Origin: the human T2T-CHM13v2.0 reference genome, Homo sapiens
DNA: 64,000 nucleotides
Direction: 5' to 3' (one strand)
NCBI RefSeq assembly: GCF_009914755.1
Contig: NC_060932.1
Shown here: positions 43,286 through 54,400 of the stretch, piece by piece
How the letters are laid out: the number at the start of each line of letters is the position of its first letter
Position numbering within the stretch: position 1 is the first letter of the stretch
The notes under the pieces: generated by a model
What the model was told of the DNA's origin: nothing
The model's database searches: none
Seen by the model: only the letters and a program-made list of their open reading frames with translations
Translations under genes and position numbers: made by a program

Positions 43286-43751
43286 TAAGTTGATTTCTTA
43301 CAATCGATCTTTTGATATATATCTCCTACTGGTGAGGTCTTCCCTGGCTGAACCCTAACAGATACATCTATTGAACACAACTTGTTTAACTTCCAACCAA
43401 AACTTGTGAAACAAACAAATAATCTAGGGAAAAATGCAAAAAGAATACAAGCATATTAAGAGAGAAATCAATCAACAGTATCAGGCCTATTTATAATCCA
43501 AATATTGGAATAAATGAACAGGAGAATTAAAATAATATGATTCATGTATTTATAGCTCTAGTGGTAAAGCTGGTCAACATATGTGAATAGATGGAAAATT
43601 TTGACCCAATGGAATCTATAAGAAAGAATCAAATGAAAATATCATAAATGAAAAATAAGTGAGAAGAATAATGTTTCTCACAGGTTAATCAGTAAACTCA
43701 GCACAACTGAAGAAAGAAGACAAAAATCTGAAACTAGGTCAATAGAAATTT

Positions 43752-45011
43752 TCACCACTTCTATTCAACATAGTATTGGAAGTTCTGGTAAGGACAATCA
43801 GGCAAGAGAAAGAAATAAAGGGTATTCAAATAGGAAGAGAGGAAATAAAATTATATCTGTTTGCAGATGACATGATTTTATATTTAGAATACCCCATTGT
43901 CTCAGCCCAAAAACTCCTTAAGCTGAAAAGCAACTTCAGCAAAGTCTCAGGATACAAAATCAATGTGCAAATATCACAAGCATTCTTATACACTGATAAC
44001 AGACAAACAGAGAGCCAAATCATGAGCAAACCCTCATTCACAATTGCTACAAACAGAATAAGATATCTAGGAACACAACTTACAAAGGATGTGAAGGACC
44101 TCTTCAAGGAGAACTACAAACCACTGCTCAAGGAAATAAGAGAGAACACAAACAAATGGAAAAACTTTCCATTATCATGGATAGGAGGAATCAATATCGT
44201 GAAAATGGCCATACTATCCAAAGTAATTTATAGATGCAATGCTATCCCGATTAAGCTAACATTGACTTTCTTCACAGAATTAGAAAAAAACTACTTTAAA
44301 TTTTATATAGAACCAAAAAAAAAAGCCTGTATAGCCAAGACAATCCCAGGCAAAAAGAACAAAGCTGGAGGCATCATGCTACCTGAATTTATACTACAAG
44401 GCTACAGTAACCAAAACAGCATGGTACTGGTACCAAAATAGATATATAGAACAGTGGAATGGAACAGAGGCTTCAGCAATAATGCCACACAGCTACAACT
44501 ATCTGATCTTTGACAAACCTGATAAAAGCAAGCAACGGGGAAAAGATTCCCTATTTAATAAATGGTGTTGGGGAAAGTGGCTAGCCATATGCAGAAAACT
44601 GAAACTGGACCCCTTACTTACACCTTATACAGAAATTAACTTAAGATAGATTAAAGATTTAAATGTAAGACCTAAAACCATAAAAACCTTAGAAGAAAAC
44701 CTAGGCAATATCATTTAGGGCGTAGGCAAGGGCACAGACTTCATGACTAAAACATCAAAAGCAATTGCAACAAAAGCCAAAACTGGCAAATGGGATATAA
44801 TTAAACTAAAGAGCTGCTGCACAACAAAGGAAACTATCATCAGACTGAATGGGCAACCTACAGAATGGGAGAAAATTTTTGCAATCTATGTGTTTGTCAA
44901 AGGGCTAATATCCAGAATCTACAAGGAACTTAAACAAATTCACAAGAAAAAAACAACCCCAACAAAAAGTGGGCAAAGGATATGAACAGGCACATTTCAA
45001 AAGAAGACATT
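43752..45011 (+). mobile_element. L1PA7-10-like ORF2 fragment (RT region) lacking its 3' end
   Basis: ORF 43776..44441 contains [11 protein letters not shown]; ORF2 homology stops abruptly at gaagacattt with no 3' UTR or poly(A). Confidence 0.9.
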
Positions 45012-45636
45012 TTAGGATTGCTTTTTCTATTTATGCAAACAAAAAGGCCATAGAAATTTTGATGAGGATTGCATTGGATCTTTAGATCATCTTGTGTAGC
45101 ATAAAAATTTTAACATTAAGTCTTCCAATCCATGAACATGAATGTTTTTCCATTTATTCAAGAAAACTCTGAATTTGAGTTATGTTAAATGACTTGAAAT
45201 GAAGGCTCTATTGTCTTTCTAACATGAAATAAGAAATTCATGCTGCTTATTAGCACCTAGCAGTTTAACAGAAGTTTAATGCTATCACCAGGTGGTGATA
45301 GCAAGAGATAAACATGCCTGGGAAATCAGAGCAATTTTATTAAAACAACAACAACAACAACTAAAACGTATTGAAGTTTAAGAGCTGAGAAATATGTGCT
45401 GTGAAAAATACCCCATTAACCTTCTGGCCGTGTGTTAATTTTGTCTTTACATCTGAGTTCATCACCAACTTTGTTTCCTTTCTCAAATGAAAGAGAAAAG
45501 GGCTTTAGGGGAACTCCTTCCTAAGAGTGTGAGATGGAATATGTAATTGAGAAAATACAGCAGAAATAAATGGTAATATAACAAAGAAGAAGATAATCAA
45601 AAGCAAGAGGATGTTATAGGAAAAAAATAAGGAGGA

Positions 45637-46992
45637 CTTTGCCCATTTTTATTGGGTTATTATTATTTGCTTTTGAGTTGTAGAAGGTTTTTAAATATAC
45701 TTTAATATTAAACTATTTTTAGAAAATGGTTTGCAAATATTGACCCTTATTCCATAGGTTGCCTTTTCACTTTTGTGATGATGTCTCTCTGGTTGTGCAG
45801 AAGCTTTTTAGTTTGATGTAGTCCTCTTGTCCGTTTTTGCTTTTATTGTCTGTGCTTTTGGTTCCATATCCAAGAAACCATTGCCAAAACCAATATCAAA
45901 GAAAAGTCTCTCTATGCTTTCTTCTAGAAGTTTTATGATTTTAAGTCTTACTGTTAAGTCTAATACATTTTTAGTTTTATTGTGTATAGTGTAAGAGTCC
46001 AATTTCATTTTTTTTTGCATATAAATATACTTTTCCCAGCAACATGTGTTGAAGAGACTGTGTTTTCACCATTGGGTATTCTTGATACCCTTTTTGAAGG
46101 TCAGTTGTCCATAAAAACATGGGTTTGTTTCAGTACTATGTATCCTATTCCTTTGGTCTATATGTCTATTTTAATGCTAATACCATGCTGTTATGATAAC
46201 TATGTTTTATTATATTATTTTGAAATCAATAAGTGTGATGCCCTCAGCTATATTCTTTAGATCCTTGTGGCTACTTTGAGCTTTTGCAGTTCCATATAAA
46301 TTTTAGGATTGCTTTTTCTATTTATGCAAAAAAAAAAAAAAAAAGGCCATAGAAATTCTGACGAGGATTACATTGGCTCTTTAGATCATTTTATGAAGTA
46401 TGGACATTTTAACAATACTATGTCTTCTAATCCACGAACATGAATGTTTTTCCATTTATTTGAGTCTTTTTTTATTTCTTTCATCAATGTTTTGCAGTTT
46501 TTAGAGTGCAAGCCTTTCTCTCCTTTGGATAAGTTTATTTCTAAGTATTTTATTATTTTTGGTGTCATTGTAAATAAGATTGTTTTCTTAATTTCCTTTT
46601 AGATAGTTTGTTGTTTGTGTGTAGAAGTGCAATTGATTGTTCTATGTCAATTTCGTATTCTGTAACCTAATAAATTTATTATTTCTAACAGTTTTTTTGT
46701 GGAGGGTTTCCTACATATAAAATTATGTCATTTGCAAATAGACATATTTTTACCTTTTTTCCTATTTTATATATTTTTATATACTTTATATTTTTTTGTA
46801 CACAGTGGTTTTGGCTAGAACTTCTAGTACTATGTTAAATAGAAGTGGTGAGAGTCAGTATCCTTGTCTTATTCCTGATCTTAGATGAAAGCTTTCAGTT
46901 TTTCACTGTTGGGCATGATGTTAGCTGCTATGGGCTTGTCAGAAACAGCATTTATTATATTGCATTTCTCCTATATTTAGTTTGTCAAGTGA
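45637..46992 (-). mobile_element. L1MB1-3-like element, inverted 5' segment
   Basis: Antisense ORF2 starting ctttgcccattttta; ORFs 45808..46020(-) and 46386..46568(-) are ORF2-like. Confidence 0.85.
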
Positions 46993-48053
46993 TTAAATGT
47001 GGAAAAAAGATTTGAATAGTCATTTCTTCAAATAATACATACTAATGCCTACCAGGTATATGAAAAAGATTTTCAACATAACTAATCATCAGGATTCAAA
47101 TGTGCTCAACATCACCAATTATCAGCAAACCAAAACCACAATAATATATCACCTCATACCTGTTAGGAAAGCTATTATTAAAAAAAAAAAAAAAAGACAG
47201 ATAACACATGTTGGTGAGGATGTGGATAATTGAAACTCATATACACTGTTGGTTGAATGCAAAATAATGCAGCCACTATGGAAAAATATATGGTGATTCC
47301 TCAAAAAGTTAAAAATAGAATTACCATATAATCCAGCAATCTCACTTTTGGGTATACATCCAAAGGAAAGGAAATTGGTATCTTGAAGAGACATCTGCAT
47401 TCCCATGTTCATTGCAGCATTAGTCACAATAGCCAAGATATAGAAACAACCTGAATAGCCATTGGCAGACAAATAGGTAAAGAAAATGTGGTATATATAC
47501 TATTTGGCTTAAAACAGAAAGGAAATTCTATCATTTGCAACAACATGGGTAAACCTGGAAGACATTATGCAAAGTGAAGTAAGCCAGTCTCATAAAAATA
47601 AATATTGTATTGTATAGGGTAACTAAAATAGCCAAACTTATAGAAGCAGAGAATGAAATTATTTTTTCCCAGGAACTGGGGATGAAGAGAAATGGGGAGT
47701 TGTTTTTAGTAGGTATAAAGTTTCAGCTATGCAATGCTAATAAGCTTCAGAAATCTTCCGTACAACGTGTTGCCTGTAGTTATCAGCATGATTTTATACA
47801 TTTAAAATTTTGTTAAAAAGGTAGCTCTCACATTAATCATTCTTATCTTACACACATAACTCCACCTCCCTCCCCAACACACACACAGGAACACACAAAA
47901 AGCTTTGTAGGTGATGGACATGTTTATTACCTTGATTATGGTGATAGTATCACAATAGTAAGAATATATACAAACTCATCAAATTTCATATATTAAACAT
48001 GTGAATTAAAATTCATTGTATATCAATTATACCTCAGTACAGCTGCTAAAAAA
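46993..48053 (+). mobile_element. L1MB1-3-like element, sense 3' segment
   Basis: Begins at the WAKDLNRH-equivalent sequence; L1MB 3' UTR ending tatcaattatacctcagtacagctgctaaaaaaa. Confidence 0.85.
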
Positions 48054-48233
48054 ATTGGAATCATTTCACAAAGATGCTATTCTTTTGAATCAAGGTGAAT
48101 TCTGATATTCTAAAAATGAAGAAGGATTCCATATTTTGCTATACAATAAAGTGGATTCCTTCCAATACGGAATTGTGTTACATGTTTCTGATGTTCGATT
48201 GCTTCTTCCAAAACATAGGGAGGCTGCTCAATG

Positions 48234-48359
48234 TAGATTTGACAAAGTTAATTTAAAAGTATTGTGAATTTCACAAACATGTATCCAAAATATGATAGAT
48301 TTGACAAGGTTAATTCAATACTATAGTGAATTCTACCAACAAGTATCCAGAATATGATA
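48234..48359. repeat. Tandem duplication, 62-bp unit x2 (about 84% identical)
   Basis: tagatttgacaa(a/g)gttaatt...gtatcca(a/g)aatatga occurs twice; 10 mismatches by manual alignment. Confidence 0.9.
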
Positions 48360-51300
48360 AAGAGCATGCTCCTTGGCCCTATTCATCTTACTCATTGATT
48401 TTACCCAATTCTGTTGGTTTAAACAGGAAAAGAAAAGAATATATCTTCAAGTTGAATCTTGGTAGGAAACCAAAAGCAGGTCCAGATCAATTCTGTGTTC
48501 TTAAATTTGAAATACCTAAGTTTGGCCGACTAATGAAAAACCAGAAATGAGTCAGTACCTATTTAATACACATCATCTTCTTTCTGGACATGCATGATTC
48601 ACCATCACAAAATAATGGGCTCCACGCCAGGAACAGAGAGTATTTCATAACACTTAGCATGTAGGTTGTAAATGTCTTGTGAATGCCTTACTTATCTTGT
48701 GAACAGATTTTTTAAAGGATAAAGAGAAAAGCTCACCATAGTAAGATGAACTTGAGTGAAATTGGAACGGGAAACGTATGACAAAAATGCAAAGGTAATG
48801 CTGAAAATTAGGAGAAGAAAAAGCAGCATGAAGAAGGCACAAGTGAAAACTCTTAATAGTCTGGGATCCTGCATAGCAGAGTCTCAATTACCTTCATAAC
48901 TGACATTAGATTTGTGCTTCCTTTTTGCCTCTATCTTTTGTGTATCAGTGAAAGATCTCTTCCCCTTCTTCTCCAAAAGAAATTTTACTCACAGAATGTG
49001 AGTCTATTCTCTCTTACCGTTTCTAGCATATCGTTATGCTTAAGCCATTTTTCTATGCTCCAAACTTATTTACCTCAGCATGGTCACCTTTTCCGGTTTA
49101 ATTATTTTTTAACATCAAGCAAGAAAATTAGCCTTTTTCTAATTAGTATTGTGTATTGTGTTTGTCTCCTTTACAAGCAAAAGTCTTCATTTATTGTCTC
49201 CAAGGTTCCCCTAATTCTCGACTGCAAACATTTAAAATTTAGCTTCTTTTGTTACCAGTTACCAAAAGTGCTTTAGCTAGCAAAAGGTATTTCATATTTT
49301 GTTACACAATGAATCATTGTTAATCCTTTTTCATTTGACCTCTCCACAGGGTTTAGCAGGTGATAATTCTCTCTGAACAGCTTTTCTCTGTGGTTCCCAT
49401 GACACAATAATTGTCAGATTATACCTTGTTAATTTTTTTTCCCCCTTTGTCTCTGCCATGGTCTTCTTTTTCTTTGAAAATTGTTTTCAGGTCGATGTTC
49501 CTGGAAGAAAATTCTTGAACAACACCTCAATTTCCACTTTCTCCTTTGGAATTTTCATCCATGTACATGACTCATAGTAAATGCTAATGAGATCCACTTT
49601 CATTTTTTATCTATTTTGTGAACTTCAGACCCACTCATTTGACTTGGTCTAGCACAGTTAAGATAGAAAATGGATAAATTAGTTAATAAAGCTGTTTTCA
49701 TGCTCAACCTGTTAATTTTTTTCATAATCTTTGGGTTGATTTAGTAAAATTATGAGAACTTTTCTTATTATTAATAGTAATCAATTAAAATATGGAATCT
49801 ATGTGTAATTTGAACAAATTTCTTATTATTGATTCTCTTCTTTTATATACAGAGAGGTACATTCCTAAAATGATCAGTCTTTGCTCAGTTCTATAAAGAG
49901 AAGCAGGATTGTATCCAAGTGTCAACCTAAATGATATTGTCTATGGACAACTCATTTGAAATGCTATTTTATCTTGTTATTCTAAATACGAAATCCCAGC
50001 AGTGAAATCTAGGTGTTTCAACACTGAGGTCAACTGACTCCCTTATTTTTCTACAAACTATAATTGTGTTTGAGGATTGGGAAAAAATAAGTTTTTTGTT
50101 TTCAAACCAGACGTAACATAGAATAAACAGAGGGACTGATATAATGCTTGAAGCCACAGGAAATTGAACTTCATAAACCTCTAAAGGTACACCCTGTAGC
50201 AGATTAGTTTTTTATTTTCAATATTGAATTAGGGTATAATTTCAAATATTGCTTTTGGTTTTCTGCCCTCCCCTTTTAAAAAAAGTTAAACCTTTATCTT
50301 GCTCTAGTTTGTTCTTTTCTACTGGCTCTGTTGAAAGACACCAAACTAAAAAAAACACCATCAGAAATGGCATGGGAACTGAGCTGTTCCTATAAGAGAG
50401 ATTATTTCCTGTTGTAATTATTATGCAGAGAAAAGGCTAAATTTTGGAATGCAAGTTCAGTTTATCTTTTCATAGCAATAGAAATAAAGTGTTTTTTTCT
50501 TCTAATTTGTTTGACATCATCAAATAAATTGTTTTTTTCAAAGAGGATCTCAAGTATTTAGTGAACTTTGACCATGATGTTCAAAACAAAGTAGTTTGAG
50601 AAATTCTGATTTGTCTGTTGTGATTCATTAAAGAGCAGTGACCTGTGATAAGAGAGGCTTGAATTTTTAAACTATTTTAAAATTATTCAGGTCCCAGAAA
50701 ACATGAGAATTGCCTTTTAATCATTTCATCTAGAGATTCCATTGATTTGACTGGATATTACATCTCATTTCCTGCAGGGAAAAATCAGAATTAATTTAGT
50801 TTCACTAATTCTTGCCTTCAATAACAAGATTTCATAAGTTATTTGAAAGAATGAAGTATAAATGTTAAATTGCAAAATTCAATGGCTTTGGAATGAGTTT
50901 TCAGAAAAATCAACACTGAAAAATCTTGCAACTCTGTCAAGGCTCAATTTTATCAGCCTGGTGTGCAAAATAAATAGTAAAGCACCGGGTTACAGTAAGT
51001 ATACTTACATATGTGTTGACAGACTGTGCTTATCAAAGTCTAGAAGCTCAAGAAAAGTGGCACAGCAATCATCATAGACAGCCCTGGCTGTCTGTCTTCA
51101 GCTCTACAGTGGTTTTACAAAAATGCAAATTGACCTCAAGCTGCCCTTGAAAATTGTGTGGTGAGGTATGGCCAGCATATACTACTAGACCTTAAACCCG
51201 AATCTGTCAAACTGTTGGGAATTGGTTGCCCAGTAAAACTGTTAAAAATGTATCTTTTCGCAAGTTAAATAGGTGGTCTGAGTTCGTGTACTGAACTCAT

Positions 51301-52694
51301 TTACCATTTAAAATTCTCTACCTGGAAAGCTATTTCAAATACTAAGCAAGGATATAAAAAACGAATTATTATTTTTAGTGTGTGAGGCTAAGGTGATGTG
51401 ACTCCTCAGAATAGAACTCTTAACTTGAAAATCAGTATTAGTACAAAGCTATTTATTTAAGGTAGATGAAGGAATAAAAAAGACTATTCATTTTAAATAC
51501 TTGCTTCAGCAGACTGTATTTTCAATTTATCTGAGATAACTGAACATTTTGCTGAGCTAACATATAACAACAAAAGAAAACCCTCAATACACAAATATAT
51601 TGTCAGTGTTTCCCTGGAGACTAAAGAATCCATAAACCTTAAGTTCAATCAATTTGCAAAAGGCTAAATACTGCACCACATGTAAGGTGAGATGGAAATG
51701 GTATAAAATTGAGTAAGTTATGTAAATGCAGTTTTACATACGCCATGCTTAATATGCATAAGCTGAATTCTTTATTCTCCTTAAATTCCCCCAAATAACT
51801 GCAGGTAAATTATGGGCTGTAGTGAAGGCTGAGCACCCTGACCCTGAAATCCAACACTTGGGTTTTTAGACTGACTCTTACTTAACAACTGCTTGATTTG
51901 GAGCAAGTCATGTGATTCATTTATTAATTCTGTTCAAGAAGCTTATATGTGGGATAATCAATGAGAATTGAGGCAAGCAGCTTAAGGGTCAGAGATCTAA
52001 ATTCTGCAGATATTTTAAGTTGCCTTGTCTATACGTTTTTCTTTTTGCCCTCAGATGGTAATTTTTCAGCTTGATAATATTATTCATTTATTTAGTGTCA
52101 GTCATTGATAATCTGCATCTTTCTGTCTCACACTTGAGTTTTACATTTTTTAGGGTAGAATTTAGTAGTATGATGAGATTTTCCACTTTTCCTCTTGCTT
52201 GGTTGGTAAGATTTATATATACAGGAATCTTAAAAGAACATTAACAGCTGATACCAGAATTCTCTGTTGAGGGAACTATGTTTGTTTGGAAAAATTATAT
52301 CTTAAATTCCTTGTGTAGTAGGTCAGGGTCAAGAAGGGACAAAGAGAGAGAGAGAGAGAGTGAAAGAGAGGGAGGTATGATATAAAGAAAGGAATTTGCT
52401 TTTCTATTTGAAATGGGGAAAGTGCTTATAGTAAGGGGGAAAGAACAAAAGATGAAGAGAGAAGAGAGTAGAGGGTGAAAGGAAGTTCCTTAGAGATTGA
52501 GAAGCTACGACAGCTACAACATACGTAAAAATAACAATGTTGCTTGTTCAATTTGAAGTTGCTTACATTTCTGTAACAAAACCGACTTCAGTTTTCAATA
52601 AAATCTATTATATACTACAATGTATACTCAAATACTCTCTGTCTGTGTGTATGTATGTGTTTGGGGGGGTTGTCTTGTTACTGGTAAAGAATAC

Positions 52695-52950
52695 ACTCAT
52701 TTGCAAATATTTACTGAAAGTCTGCTATTTGCCAGACATTTTACTGGCTGCTGGAGACACAGGGTCATTTTAGGAAGAGGTGCATAGGAGCTTACAAGTC
52801 AATTGGGCAAGCATTTAATGTGACCATAATAAGTGCTATCATTGAGGCATGCATGAGTATCATGGAAACATGGAGGAGGACCATCTATATCACACATTTG
52901 AGTAAAGAAAGATATCTTAGAAGAGATTATGTTAGAACCTGACTTTTAAA
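52695..52950 (-). mobile_element. L2 3' fragment
   Basis: ctcatttgcaaatatttactgaaagtctgctatttgccagacatt...gctggagacac. Confidence 0.55.
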
Positions 52951-53979
52951 AGATAGGTTTCTATCTCTTTACCTATAAAATAGGACATGTAGTAACTGCC
53001 TTAATTGTTTTACCCAAATGTTCTGTGGATCAGATGTGACAGTAAAAACACCATATACATAGTAAAACACTATACAGATATATAGCATTATAAAGGCAAA
53101 GATATTAAGTAGACCTAAAGGAGTAGGGCTGAAGTCAGGAAAAATCAGATAAATATGAATTTATCAGATAATATAATTGAAACATTATTAAACACTTATT
53201 CTGTATCTATTAAATGGAAAAAAACAATTTCTTTTTTTAAATTGCATATTTTTAATATGTTAACTAAGGACTATAATCCTAGGTTAAACCACATGAATTA
53301 GCTAATTTAGTACATTAAAAACAAATATTAGCAATTTTTAATGCTTCAACTTAGTATGTGCATTGCACATGGTTGTTTGACTTTTCTGAAATTAACTATT
53401 ATGTTGCATTTAATCTATATTTAAAACTGTGTGACACTAATAATTTATACTAATTATAGACAAAAGTACCTAAAATGAGTATTCTTACAAAGTCTATTTT
53501 ATGATTTTTCTTAAGTTGGCAAATCCTTTGCACTTTTCTTTCTTTTTTATTTTATTTTTCAATCCTACGAACCAATTTTTTAGAGTATACTAAAGGATTT
53601 TAAATATTTATACTAAGACTAATCACTTGTTCCCTGTTGACATAAAATAATTCACTTTTGGAATTTTTGCTGATTACTAGAGATGATTTCAGGTACTTGC
53701 CTGCTGGTTGGTCTTTGTATTTGGAAATAGGCCTAGTAATCGCACAGGGTAACTTGTACTCAGTTTTTGTAAAAACACTCAACAGAGAATAACTGTGAGA
53801 GAGGATAATTTGTACCTTACATTTGAAGGTGTTCTCTCTTAAAAGAGTGAGGCTAACTTCTCATTCTCCATCTATACAGAGTTAATTGTGGAGCCTTGTG
53901 GTAACTGTCATCTTGCTTTACAGTTGGGAACTTATTCCAATTCTTCACACATGGATGAACAGCTAGCTATGTGATAGAT

Positions 53980-54400
53980 CATAGTGGGTACTGCTAGATG
54001 TCCATCAAAATACATTATTCCTTGCTCTGTTGTAATATAATTATACCCATGAATATGGCTGGACTATATTTGCTAAACTCTCTTGCAGCTAAGTATGGAT
54101 ATATGACCAAGCTTTCTTCAGTGAATTAAGAGCTGAGCTGATGTGTGCCAGATCTCTTATCTGAGTGTTATTTGTGATCACTTTATTCCCCTTCTCTCAA
54201 ATATGATCACAGAAAAATTCTTGACTGGGTTTTAAGGTGCACAGGAGGACAATTCCCTACCAGATGGCAGATAAATACAATGGAAAGCACTATGACAAAA
54301 AACGCAATTACTTTTGCACCATGCTAATACTTTAATTTACTCTCCGTGGCAAAGAACAAGCCATGTCTAATGAGCCCAGCCCAGGGCTACTCATCCATAC
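53980..54400. mobile_element. Old ERVL/MaLR LTR fragment (LTR33/MLT1I-J-like)
   Basis: ggactatatttgctaaactctcttgcagctaagtatggatatatgaccaag motif typical of these LTRs. Confidence 0.45.
54292..54329. mobile_element. Half MADE1 / solo Hsmar1 terminal inverted repeat
   Basis: atgacaaaaaacgcaattacttttgcaccatgctaata versus MADE1 atggcaaaaaccgcaattacttttgcaccaacctaa(ta). Confidence 0.85.

Larger units (their letters stand above)
40358..43366 (+). mobile_element. MLT2D-like ERVL LTR, split by the L1MA2 insertion (40358-40700 and 43286-43366)
   Basis: ttagttgac...aagggagataatc...ttggttgaaaggacttaagag...atggattttggac; resumes tatatatctcctactggt...gaaccctaacagataca. Confidence 0.75.

Noticed and set aside
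43776-44441. 221-aa reverse-transcriptase-like ORF as a novel RT system
   Set aside because: Ordinary L1 ORF2 fragment with a non-ATG start, frameshifted and interrupted by stops downstream
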